A DNA stretch of 53,202 bases from a virus (Duplodnaviria; Caudoviricetes), in IMG/VR virus record IMGVR_UViG_3300009788_000121, positions 1-53,202 of that record; one strand, given 5' to 3'. How positions within the stretch are numbered: the first letter of the stretch is position 1; each line of letters begins with the position of its first letter. The notes beneath the pieces are model-generated. The model did no database searches, was not told the DNA's origin, and saw only the letters and a program-made list of their open reading frames with translations. Positions 10,844-19,544 of this stretch are shown here, one piece after another. A program made the position numbers and the translations under genes.

Positions 10844-12061
10844 TTAGAATTCGTCTGCGAAATATGCTACAGTTAATTCATTATTTGCTGCGGGATCTGG
10901 ATTTGCGCCAGTATAAGGTAGAGCATTGTATGCAATGTCTACCGTAACAACATCTTCGATATTAATTACTGGAATTACCAAGTGAGCTCCTGTCATTGTA
11001 AGTTGTACAACGGGTATATCAAATGGTGACACCGGTGCTACACCACCAACATTAATAACTAAGTTAAAATCTGTCGGATCTGCCCCAGATGTTGAATTAG
11101 AATGAGTTAAAATATCATTCAATAATTCAGCTGTATCATCTGCTCCACCTGTTTTTAGGTAGGCTAACATATTACCACTGACTGTTCTCTGTCCTGTAAA
11201 ATGTCCACAAGGAGTATTTACAGTTCCTAAAACTTCTGGTGTCAAGAAGGTAATATTATTAGCTACAGTCAAACTACCCCCAGTCAAAGCTAGAGTATAG
11301 GTTTGACCATAAGCTGTACCAGTTTTACCAACTAATGATACCGTTGATAATTTATTTCTAATACATGCTTGTAGTGTAGTAGGTGCAGCCAAATAACCAA
11401 CTGTTGCTAATGGGAATGCAGAATCTTGCAAATCACCAGCATTAGTTAACATAGTTGCTAATGAAGCCACGTCTGTAGTATCTATAACTTCTGCTACACT
11501 TGTTCCGAAACCTGTCCAGGTAACCGAAGCAATTGCATCAATAGCAAAATCTATTTCTGCTGTATCAATAACAGCACCAATAATATGATACCATACTGGA
11601 GCAGTACTCGTTCCCAAATTAAATATAAATGATAGTTTTAACAATTCATTAGTATTTGAATCTGTAAAGTCTATTGCTAGACCTCCTGATGAACCACCCT
11701 GTCTAGTAGTTGCATTACCATCTACTGCGGTTGCCACAGCGTTTGTAATTCCGGAAGCCGCTAAAGCTTCCCATAAAATTCTTTCTACAGCATCTACCGT
11801 AGAATCAACTGTATCAAAACGTGGACGCATGTAAGCTTGTATGCTCCAATCTACCGGTTCAATAGCAGTTGTGAATACTTGTTGTCCTCTAACTGGAGTT
11901 GTTCCCGCTTCACTGATTTCAATTTCTTGTACACCAGTATTAGCTGTGAACGAAAATCCATCTAGAATTGGAACTTCCCAAGTATTACTATCTAAAATGC
12001 CAGCGATAGTCTGACTAGTTGAAACGAACAATTTGGCGTTTCTACTTAAACTAAATGCCAT
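10844..12061 (-). CDS. Major tail tube protein (T5 pb6-like)
   Basis: 'NTWEVPILDGFSF', 'ISEAGTTPVRG', 'EIDFAIDAIASVTWTGFG' match the pb6 pattern; no obvious C-terminal Ig extension. Confidence 0.88.
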   Translation of the reverse strand: MAFSLSRNAKLFVSTSQTIAGILDSNTWEVPILDGFSFTANTGVQEIEISEAGTTPVRGQQVFTTAIEPVDWSIQAYMRPRFDTVDSTVDAVERILWEALAASGITNAVATAVDGNATTRQGGSSGGLAIDFTDSNTNELLKLSFIFNLGTSTAPVWYHIIGAVIDTAEIDFAIDAIASVTWTGFGTSVAEVIDTTDVASLATMLTNAGDLQDSAFPLATVGYLAAPTTLQACIRNKLSTVSLVGKTGTAYGQTYTLALTGGSLTVANNITFLTPEVLGTVNTPCGHFTGQRTVSGNMLAYLKTGGADDTAELLNDILTHSNSTSGADPTDFNLVINVGGVAPVSPFDIPVVQLTMTGAHLVIPVINIEDVVTVDIAYNALPYTGANPDPAANNELTVAYFADEF

Positions 12062-12080
12062 TTATTTCTCCTCGTATTTT

Positions 12081-12515
12081 CTATACTTCGTATCTAACCT
12101 CTAGAGTAACTTCTCCTACACCTAGAGGGTTTAATAATCCTTCGTCGTCTGCTAAGGACAGTAATCTAATATCTTCACTAAGGTTATTACCCGCTACTGT
12201 TAGATTAAGATTGCTATCTATTATGACTTCGATATCATCGAAAATTTCTTCTATTCTATCTTTGGCATCTTCATCATTAACATAAATTCTTATATTAATA
12301 CCTAAAAATCCCCATTTAAAACTACCAGGAAGATATTCTCTTGTTTCTGCGCCTGGATAAACACAGATTAAGGGATAGTCTGTGACTTCATCCCAAAATA
12401 TTTGTCTACTCTTAACATTGTCAAACACGTTAGAAACAAAAGGACTACTACCATTCATATTTGTTTTAAATAGTCTGACTATTTCCTCTACAATTTGTGT
12501 TCTTTTATTAGCCAC
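12081..12515 (-). CDS. Tail terminator protein (T5 p142-like)
   Basis: 'YLPGSFKWGFL', 'DDEGLLNPLGVGEV'; synteny. Confidence 0.82.
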   Translation of the reverse strand: MANKRTQIVEEIVRLFKTNMNGSSPFVSNVFDNVKSRQIFWDEVTDYPLICVYPGAETREYLPGSFKWGFLGINIRIYVNDEDAKDRIEEIFDDIEVIIDSNLNLTVAGNNLSEDIRLLSLADDEGLLNPLGVGEVTLEVRYEV

Positions 12516-13983
12516 TAAGTTTCACCTTTACTCGTCTAAGAGTAGCTATTTGTTCTTGTTGTAATATTTGTCGAATAGATCGTCCAAATATACCTTTAGG
12601 GTCTCTTAGTTGCTTATGTAATCTTCCCCCCTTTTCAAAAACCCCATATGGATTTCTCATATACTTTACTTGTGCCCCTAAAGCATTCTTTTCTTTTGTA
12701 TCAAATAAAGATTGAACTTTAGCAGATCTAGCAAATCTTCCTGTTCTATAATTTAATTTTTGAGCAGATCCTCCTTTACCCATATTCTCTCTTATTTGAT
12801 CGTGTAACCTGTCATTAATTAAATCAATTAATTGTTGAATATTAGGGCTAGCTACCCTGGCCTCTCTTGATCTAGGTGTATCCTTATCAGCACTCAAACC
12901 TGGACCATATACTTTTATTTTTTGTTTTTTTCTAGCAGAGCTTTTAAAAACTTTATTTATACCGCCCTGTTTAGTTTTTCCTGTCACAAATATTTCTTCA
13001 AAAGCTAAAGCATATTGACTTAATATTGTAGGACTAGCAGTATATCTTTTTACTAAATCTCTACTAACTACATTTAATATCTTTGTAGCTTCAGCTATAA
13101 GCTGTCTAGTTCTAGCTCCAGAAGTTTGATTATCTTCTGAAAACTCAGCTATAGTAATAGTAATAGTACCAGCCTTTCTACCAGAAGCTTTTAATAATCT
13201 AGTACGAATTGCTATACTAGCATCAATTCTTATTAATTGATCTCTTATAGCTATTAATTTATTCTTTTCATCTACAGTTAAAAAGGTAGTAATTTGTGTA
13301 CCTTCTTCACCTTTTTGTCCAACAAAATGAACCAAATTTCCTATTCCAGGACCAAAAGTGTGGCCTACATCAAAACCTTGCTTCTTCTTTTTTGCAATAA
13401 CAGATAGTGCTTGTCCGCTCTTTTCCGCTAATTTAAATATACCTTTTTCTCTATCTACTTCAATATGTTGAGGTCCTATATCCCCCCCTTTATTATCTTG
13501 TCGAATATCTAATCCACCAATAACTATAGAAGCTGCTATTTGTTGTCTACGTTCAAGTTTACTGGTAGAAGTATTTATAGTTCTTAAAGCTTGTTCTCTA
13601 ATATCTTTTCTAACATGAGTAGTTAAATCACTGATTGTTCTGAAATTAGTACCCTCTACGACATTTCTTTTAGCGTCAACCCAATCAACTTTACCTTTGA
13701 CGTTGGCTTGATTGAAGTTTTTTTGTAATGAATTTTTAAAAGACATTTCTACAAAATCAACTACATCTTTCATGTTTATACCTGGAAACTTTTTTTGTAT
13801 AATAGCTTTATGTTTGTTAACTAATTTAACTAAAGTTCTACGTTCTATAGAAAATTGTGTTATATTTCTATTTAAATCAGATCTTTTAGTACCTGGTCCC
13901 TTTTTAGTTCCTAATATTATTTGAGCAAAATCTCGAATAAATATTTGAAATAAAACCTCGTTTCCACCGCGTTCTAAAGCCAT
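12508..13983 (-). CDS. Tail completion protein (T5 p143-like), long form
   Basis: C-terminal 'YRTGRFARS...YMRNPYGVFE...RDPKGIFGRSIRQI'; Arg/Lys-rich; synteny. Confidence 0.75.
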   Translation of the reverse strand: MALERGGNEVLFQIFIRDFAQIILGTKKGPGTKRSDLNRNITQFSIERRTLVKLVNKHKAIIQKKFPGINMKDVVDFVEMSFKNSLQKNFNQANVKGKVDWVDAKRNVVEGTNFRTISDLTTHVRKDIREQALRTINTSTSKLERRQQIAASIVIGGLDIRQDNKGGDIGPQHIEVDREKGIFKLAEKSGQALSVIAKKKKQGFDVGHTFGPGIGNLVHFVGQKGEEGTQITTFLTVDEKNKLIAIRDQLIRIDASIAIRTRLLKASGRKAGTITITIAEFSEDNQTSGARTRQLIAEATKILNVVSRDLVKRYTASPTILSQYALAFEEIFVTGKTKQGGINKVFKSSARKKQKIKVYGPGLSADKDTPRSREARVASPNIQQLIDLINDRLHDQIRENMGKGGSAQKLNYRTGRFARSAKVQSLFDTKEKNALGAQVKYMRNPYGVFEKGGRLHKQLRDPKGIFGRSIRQILQQEQIATLRRVKVKLSG

Positions 13984-14585
13984 TACGGACTAAACCTATA
14001 TAAATCTAATATTCTACGAATATGTGGTGGAAAACTATTGGCTAAATAAGGTAACGGATTATCTAATGTACCACCTAGCAAAGATTTGGTATTTACCTGT
14101 TCATTATTTTCATAGTAGTGAACTAAATCAATAGCTACTAATTTTAAATCTTCTGGAATATTAGCTACAGTATAACCAGCTAAATAATTTACTTCTAAAC
14201 TTCTAAAAGATAAGTCATAAGTATCTACAAATTTATCTACTGCGGTCTGCATAAATACAGAACCTTCTTCTAAGTCAACAAAATAACCTGTTTTATCTGA
14301 AGCACCTTCAGACAAAGTTATTTGATTGACTCCTCCATCTTGTGAAGTCTTTACACTTACAACTGATATAACTGGAAAAGCTTCAAGAAACACTTTATTA
14401 GTTTTTCCATCGTGCCACTCAATCTTACCATTACCACTAGTAGCAAATTGCGTAAATTTTCTATTGCAATAATGTTCTACCAATTGAGTAATTTGAGTAA
14501 TAAGATTCTGAATCTTACCATCTCTTGTTGTACTAGTAATTGTTTTACTATTTTTATAATCATCAAGTGTTATTAAATCAGCCAT
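13983..14585 (-). CDS. Head completion / head-tail connector (T5 p144-like)
   Basis: 'LITLDDYK', 'YLAGY...IPEDLKL', 'FPPHIRRILDLYR'. Confidence 0.82.
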   Translation of the reverse strand: MADLITLDDYKNSKTITSTTRDGKIQNLITQITQLVEHYCNRKFTQFATSGNGKIEWHDGKTNKVFLEAFPVISVVSVKTSQDGGVNQITLSEGASDKTGYFVDLEEGSVFMQTAVDKFVDTYDLSFRSLEVNYLAGYTVANIPEDLKLVAIDLVHYYENNEQVNTKSLLGGTLDNPLPYLANSFPPHIRRILDLYRFSP

Positions 14586-14601
14586 AATATCCCTACGCAG
14601 T

Positions 14602-14631
14602 AAAGAGTGGGGGAGAATTCCCCCACTCTTT
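14602..14631 (-). terminator. Intrinsic terminator after the major capsid gene
   Basis: AAAGAGTGGGGGA-GAAT-TCCCCCACTCTTT, 13-bp stem. Confidence 0.75.
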
Positions 14632-14653
14632 GAATAATTTTAAAATCTATCAA

Positions 14654-16075
14654 TTAAGATGCGATTTCGTAATTAACTGTTGCCTCTCCAGTAATAATAT
14701 CTTGGAAAGCGAATCTACGAGAAGAAACGATAACGCGTTTTTGGTTCACGATATCTTTGTCTGCTTCTGTAACGATTCCACGAAGATTACCACTTAGGAA
14801 GTTGCTTGCACGTACCATAACAGCCAGTTGTGTTCCAACTGTACCTGCTGTAATAGCAGCATTGTCAAACATTTGTGAAACAAGTACTTGAACTCCAAAG
14901 ATTGCACCAACTTGTCCGGTAAGAATTGTAGCTCTATCACCTAACACGTCGACTGTCTTGAAGTTAGGAAGTTTCATTAGCTCATAGAAGTAATCATGAG
15001 ATACTAGTAATACTAGTTGACTTGGGTCAAGCCCATATAATCCTAGATTACGTCTCATATCTACAATATGATCTTCTGTTACATTTGCTTCCCAAGCTGC
15101 TCCACCCGCTACTGTAACATCCGTTGTAAGTGCGCCACGGTTTGTTAATCCAGTAATAGGATCAAAAGAAGCTGATGTTGTTACACCGCCCCCACGTAAG
15201 AACGCTAGGTCGGATGCACGAGCCATTCTGCGGGTAACCGCATCACGAATAATTGGTGCTAATGTAACAATACTATCTTCTTCTTCTTCATAACCAACAT
15301 ACTCGCGTGTTGCTAGTTTATAGGCAATTAGCGTTTGTTCTAATAGTTGGTGATTTTGTGCATCGCCAGTTGAACCACTTGCTGATTCATCCGCTGGATT
15401 ATCGCTAGAACGGAACAATGAGTTATGAACCCATGTTGCATCCCCAGCTTCTGGGTTGATTGGTAGGTTAAGTGTTGGTGTAGTCATAGGAATTGTTGTG
15501 AATAGTGGTTCTACAACTAGAAGCTCACGTAGAGCGTCATGTACACGTGTAGAGTATTCATCTTCCCACTCACCTGTTACGCCAGGATCCCAATGCTCCA
15601 TCCCGGACTTTTTCGTATAATCTGTAAATGCTTTTGTTTCTTCAGGTTTCATCCCAAGTACTTTAGACGCATATAAGATTCCGTCTTTTGTGTCTGTACT
15701 CATACCAGAGAAAGGTCCTTTCTTATTGGCATCTGGTACAAACTTCATTTTGCTTTCGCGTTCAGCAGTAAAAGCAGCTTCTAGGTCACCACTTTCAGCG
15801 GCAGCCTCTAGGCTTTCTTTAATTTCAGCTAAGGCATCGGCTAGGTCACCATCTTTTTCTACTAATTCTTCACGTAGATCTTTGATCAAACGTTCAGCAG
15901 CAGTAGTGGCGGTAGCTTCGATCTTGTCATTAGCTTCCTTTTCTGCTTTTTCAGCTTCTTCCGCAGCTTTCTTATCCTTATCTAGGTCTCCCTTGACAGC
16001 GGCAGAAATCTGCGCAACTAAAGCTGCAACATCGATAGGCCCTTTTTTAGCCTTATCTTTACTCTTATCATCCAT
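14654..16075 (-). CDS. Major capsid protein from internal start (MDDKSKD..., 473 aa)
   Basis: GAGGAG-ACTTTA-ATG at 16075; size is comparable to the T5 pb8 precursor. Confidence 0.7.
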   Translation of the reverse strand: MDDKSKDKAKKGPIDVAALVAQISAAVKGDLDKDKKAAEEAEKAEKEANDKIEATATTAAERLIKDLREELVEKDGDLADALAEIKESLEAAAESGDLEAAFTAERESKMKFVPDANKKGPFSGMSTDTKDGILYASKVLGMKPEETKAFTDYTKKSGMEHWDPGVTGEWEDEYSTRVHDALRELLVVEPLFTTIPMTTPTLNLPINPEAGDATWVHNSLFRSSDNPADESASGSTGDAQNHQLLEQTLIAYKLATREYVGYEEEEDSIVTLAPIIRDAVTRRMARASDLAFLRGGGVTTSASFDPITGLTNRGALTTDVTVAGGAAWEANVTEDHIVDMRRNLGLYGLDPSQLVLLVSHDYFYELMKLPNFKTVDVLGDRATILTGQVGAIFGVQVLVSQMFDNAAITAGTVGTQLAVMVRASNFLSGNLRGIVTEADKDIVNQKRVIVSSRRFAFQDIITGEATVNYEIAS

Positions 16076-16621
16076 TAAAGTCTCCTCACTTTCTGACTTG
16101 ATAAATTGATTTCTAAACTCTTTGTAATCTTCAGTATTATCAAAATTCTTTTCAATACTGAAAAGTGCATTTTGATTCGCAGGAACAGACACTACACTAA
16201 CTTCAAATAATTCTAATTCTTTAATAAAGAATACTCCAGATTTTGGATCGAAGTCAGCATCTTTTATCATAAATCCAATACTAAATGCGGAAAGAATTTC
16301 TTCCTTAATTAATTCAATGATATCGCCTGCTGCTTTGCTAATCTTAGCTGTTATCTTTAAACCCTTGTCATCGACTTCATGATCTATAGTTTTACCTATT
16401 GGTCTAGAAGTATCATGAAATGCCAAAATAACTGGGTTTTTAAGATAGTTAGCTAGAGCATCTACTTTTTTCCATGCATCTAATATAATAACGTCACCTG
16501 TTCGGTCCTCGTCATTTGTACTAGCATGTCCGGTAATAATAAGATCTTCATCTTCTTCACCGTGTGCTGTCTTAGTTTCGATAGGCACGTAGAGTTTTAG
16601 AACTTTCTCTTTCGTTAGCAT
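14654..16621 (-). CDS. Prohead protease (HK97-family) fused in frame to major capsid protein with N-terminal scaffold domain
   Basis: Residues 1-~175: 'NPVILAFHD..RPIG', 'AFSIGF', 'ELFEVSVVSVPANQ'. Then a charged coiled coil and an HK97-fold capsid ('WEDEYSTRV', 'EEEEDSIV'). Confidence 0.9.
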   Translation of the reverse strand: MLTKEKVLKLYVPIETKTAHGEEDEDLIITGHASTNDEDRTGDVIILDAWKKVDALANYLKNPVILAFHDTSRPIGKTIDHEVDDKGLKITAKISKAAGDIIELIKEEILSAFSIGFMIKDADFDPKSGVFFIKELELFEVSVVSVPANQNALFSIEKNFDNTEDYKEFRNQFIKSESEETLMDDKSKDKAKKGPIDVAALVAQISAAVKGDLDKDKKAAEEAEKAEKEANDKIEATATTAAERLIKDLREELVEKDGDLADALAEIKESLEAAAESGDLEAAFTAERESKMKFVPDANKKGPFSGMSTDTKDGILYASKVLGMKPEETKAFTDYTKKSGMEHWDPGVTGEWEDEYSTRVHDALRELLVVEPLFTTIPMTTPTLNLPINPEAGDATWVHNSLFRSSDNPADESASGSTGDAQNHQLLEQTLIAYKLATREYVGYEEEEDSIVTLAPIIRDAVTRRMARASDLAFLRGGGVTTSASFDPITGLTNRGALTTDVTVAGGAAWEANVTEDHIVDMRRNLGLYGLDPSQLVLLVSHDYFYELMKLPNFKTVDVLGDRATILTGQVGAIFGVQVLVSQMFDNAAITAGTVGTQLAVMVRASNFLSGNLRGIVTEADKDIVNQKRVIVSSRRFAFQDIITGEATVNYEIAS

Positions 16622-16641
16622 ATTATTTCCTCGATTAATAA

Positions 16642-17853
16642 TTAATCGTCATCTTCTTCTTCACCAGCTGGTGGTGCTCCACCATCTGTTGGGTCTGCTG
16701 CGCTTCCTGCTATGTTAGCGGGAATTCTGAGTTCATCAGATTCCGGATCTTTATCAGGCTCGAGTCTTAACTCAAGTCGCGCTTCATTTGGGGACATGAT
16801 ACCCCCGTTTACTAATCCTGTTAAATATTGCGTTTGATCTTTTAGTTCAGGGCGTAAAGCTCTGATCTTAATAACCTCTGGTTCCATGTCCCAGGCGAAA
16901 AACCTTTCGTAAGAACCAATGATTTTCGCAATTATTGGTAAAACTGTCGTTTCATAAAATAGCTGTATATTTGGTCTTAAATTTGCATTGTTTCCAGAGT
17001 TTAGAAGTACTGGTGGTACCCCCAACGCTTTCAGAATCTTTGTTTCATGAGAAGTTATTGATGCCTCAAAATCTAACTCACTAAACTTAACTTGGCTTAT
17101 AGGATTAACTTTCATATCCCCATCTAAGATTATAGGGCGTTTACCGCCAGAATTAGGCTTGTATTTTGTTATCCAAGCTCTAAGTAACTTTTCTTTAATC
17201 TTATCCCCTAAAATATTAGGCGTTTGAATAATCAATCCTGGTACTGCTGCATTGTCAAAGAAATCATTTTGAAATCCTAACATGCTTTGTAATATTGTTA
17301 TACTTCTTTTAGCACTTAATAATCTACTAGTACCCACATAAACAGATGTAGCAGAGTTATCTTTTGTATGTATAACTTCATCTGGCATAAGCTTAATATC
17401 TGAATTATACATATAATGCGAAACTTTAGTATTTTCCCCACTTATCACTTCCATTAATTCTGATGGTAAATGATTTAAGTTAAGTCCTTTTTTATCCCAT
17501 AATTGAAAACAATTACCTGTAAGTACTAAATCTAATACTAGTTGACGACGGAAGGTATTTACATCTTCATCATCATTTGGACGAAAATTAAGTATAGTCG
17601 ATAAAGTTTTCTTTCTTACTCTACCCCCTTCATGTACAGTAGGTATAGGCAAAACATCTGTAATATTAATGTCTATTTCTGTTGCAGAGTCGGATATCAT
17701 ATCAACTCCACGTCTTACAACTTCAATATTGTCGAAAGACTTTTCAAAAAAGAAACGTTTTTCAGACGCTTCTATAGTTCCCCCTTCTAAATCGTGAATA
17801 GCGCTCTGGTGTCTATTCTTCCATTCCCACTCTAATCTCTTGAATATATTCAT
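16642..17853 (-). CDS. Portal protein (HK97 family, T5 pb7-like)
   Basis: 'LNFRPN', 'FFDNAAVPG', 'ALGVPPVLL', 'NGGIMSPNEAR'; 403 aa. Confidence 0.93.
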   Translation of the reverse strand: MNIFKRLEWEWKNRHQSAIHDLEGGTIEASEKRFFFEKSFDNIEVVRRGVDMISDSATEIDINITDVLPIPTVHEGGRVRKKTLSTILNFRPNDDEDVNTFRRQLVLDLVLTGNCFQLWDKKGLNLNHLPSELMEVISGENTKVSHYMYNSDIKLMPDEVIHTKDNSATSVYVGTSRLLSAKRSITILQSMLGFQNDFFDNAAVPGLIIQTPNILGDKIKEKLLRAWITKYKPNSGGKRPIILDGDMKVNPISQVKFSELDFEASITSHETKILKALGVPPVLLNSGNNANLRPNIQLFYETTVLPIIAKIIGSYERFFAWDMEPEVIKIRALRPELKDQTQYLTGLVNGGIMSPNEARLELRLEPDKDPESDELRIPANIAGSAADPTDGGAPPAGEEEDDD

Positions 17854-17862
17854 ATATTACTC

Positions 17863-18444
17863 TCATTGGATAGTGACTACTCCAAGGTAACCTAACCTGT
17901 CACCCATACAGCTTGTCATTTTATAACTAGTGCATTTGACAGGAATACAATTCCCATCAGGTGTTTGGAAGTCTAACTTTCCGGAAAATTCTCTATCTTC
18001 ATCAACAGACTTATACCAAGCTGTTACAACTTCTTCTCGCGTCTTTTGGCAGATGGCGTTAACCCATCCGTGTCCCATAAGTTCACTTGGAGTACGTTGT
18101 ACTAGCTTACAGTATGTTCTATTAACCCAGGTACAGTTTCCTTTTATATCAGTTTCAAACATTGCATCTTCAGTCTCAGCATTTAACGCTCTAAATCTTT
18201 CACGAGATAATGCTACTTCTCTTTCAATTCGACCAAGACTATCTTTCATGGATTTACCACCATTTGGTGTAAGTTCCTCAAAAATAATATCGATCTTGTC
18301 TACAGCCTCACTATACTTAGTTATAGCTTCCCACATAGGTTTAATTCCTTTTTTGTATAGTAATGTAAAAAGACCTATGCTTACACTAATAGCTGTGGCA
18401 TAAAATGCGTAATTTTCTACGAAAAGACTCCATGCTTCAGACAT
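17863..18444 (-). CDS. Membrane-anchored PAS-domain protein
   Basis: N-terminal TM helix, 'ELTPNGGKSMKD', then PAS S-box-like 'ERFRAL...AMFETDIKGNCTWVNRTY...ELMGHGWVNAI...FQTPDG...GYLGV'. Confidence 0.75.
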   Translation of the reverse strand: MSEAWSLFVENYAFYATAISVSIGLFTLLYKKGIKPMWEAITKYSEAVDKIDIIFEELTPNGGKSMKDSLGRIEREVALSRERFRALNAETEDAMFETDIKGNCTWVNRTYCKLVQRTPSELMGHGWVNAICQKTREEVVTAWYKSVDEDREFSGKLDFQTPDGNCIPVKCTSYKMTSCMGDRLGYLGVVTIQ

Positions 18445-18806
18445 TGCTTCTCCCTTTGCTTATCTAACCATCTTTCTTGTTTAGGTGCTGTCGCAAGCGC
18501 AGGCCGCTGTCCGTAAACAACATGTAGTCGCTGATGACATTTCTTACATAAAGTACGAGCGTATTCAAACATTTCATACGCATATTCTTCTATAAAATCA
18601 TCGCGAACTGTAATAATATCTTCCACACAATTAATAGTGATTTTATTGGCCTTTAACCAATTATCAAACAGGATGTCCACAGTGTATAGATGGTGAAAGT
18701 CAAGTGACCCACCAACTTCACAAACGTAGCATAAAGCCTCCTTCACATACCGGCTCTTAGCTCTGTCACGTACATATTTAATTGGAATTCTTTTAAGTGC
18801 AGACAT
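18417..18806 (-). CDS. Nicking (HNH-like) endonuclease, T5 SciB-like
   Basis: 'KYVRDRAKSRY', CxxC, 'LDFHH', 'TLCKKCHQRLHVVYG'; lies between TerL and portal as in T5. Confidence 0.85.
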   Translation of the reverse strand: MSALKRIPIKYVRDRAKSRYVKEALCYVCEVGGSLDFHHLYTVDILFDNWLKANKITINCVEDIITVRDDFIEEYAYEMFEYARTLCKKCHQRLHVVYGQRPALATAPKQERWLDKQREKQCLKHGVFS

Positions 18807-18912
18807 AACAAATATAAATGTTGTATTTCAATTTTTTTCTTCTCATTGTATATATTCTGACATACTTTTAGCAGCAAGTCAAGAAGTATTTTTAATTATG
18901 GTGTACAGAAAT

Positions 18913-19053
18913 TTAGTCCTCTAAAAGTATGACCATAAATGCTATAGCAAGTAATCCTAGCATACCCATACCCCCTGCAACCTGATATGCCAAATTAAAT
19001 AAAAATATACCGAAAACTAAAAGAAATAAGAAATAAGCACACCCAGATCCCAT
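18913..19053 (-). CDS. 46-aa two-TM membrane protein
   Basis: Manual translation MGSGCAYFLFLLVFGIFLFNLAYQVAGGMGMLGLLAIAFMVILLED; TGATG-coupled to the PagL-like gene. Confidence 0.55.
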   Translation of the reverse strand: MGSGCAYFLFLLVFGIFLFNLAYQVAGGMGMLGLLAIAFMVILLED

Positions 19054-19544
19054 CAAAATCTATAGCCACCATTTATCATATTTACTCCAGCATTAGGTCT
19101 ACTAGTACCTGCATTAGAGTAATGTCTGAAGATTCCATAGAATCGTGTATTTGGTATAGAGTACTCTATAGATAAACCATAATTTAAATGACTACTAGTA
19201 GCATGACTAGTATTATTAAAGTAACCTAGTCCAATTCCTAAAATAACGTTATCTAAGAAACCTGGTCCACGTACAATACGTTCACCGAAAACTAACATAT
19301 TATTTTGAACATTTCGACTTTTGTAAGTCATATCGCCTATTAGACCAATACCGCCCCGCCATCTTTCATTACGTTCGGATAACATAATATTAAAAGTTTC
19401 AAGTTTTATATTATCACTAATGAATGGTACTCCACCTTCTACGGCAGTTTCAGCACGACCATCATAAGCAAAGAAGATTAAAACTACAATTATAAATGCA
19501 CCTATAACTAATTTTACTGGTTTCGGATTGTTAAATAAACTCAT
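19053..19544 (-). CDS. pagL: PagL-like lipid A 3-O-deacylase (acyloxyacyl hydrolase) outer-membrane beta-barrel
   Basis: Signal peptide; C-terminal 'RHYSNAGTSRPNAGVN...GYRF' is the PagL H-x-S-N-A-G-x3-P-N-x-G signature plus a terminal Y-x-F beta-signal. Confidence 0.8.
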   Translation of the reverse strand: MSLFNNPKPVKLVIGAFIIVVLIFFAYDGRAETAVEGGVPFISDNIKLETFNIMLSERNERWRGGIGLIGDMTYKSRNVQNNMLVFGERIVRGPGFLDNVILGIGLGYFNNTSHATSSHLNYGLSIEYSIPNTRFYGIFRHYSNAGTSRPNAGVNMINGGYRF

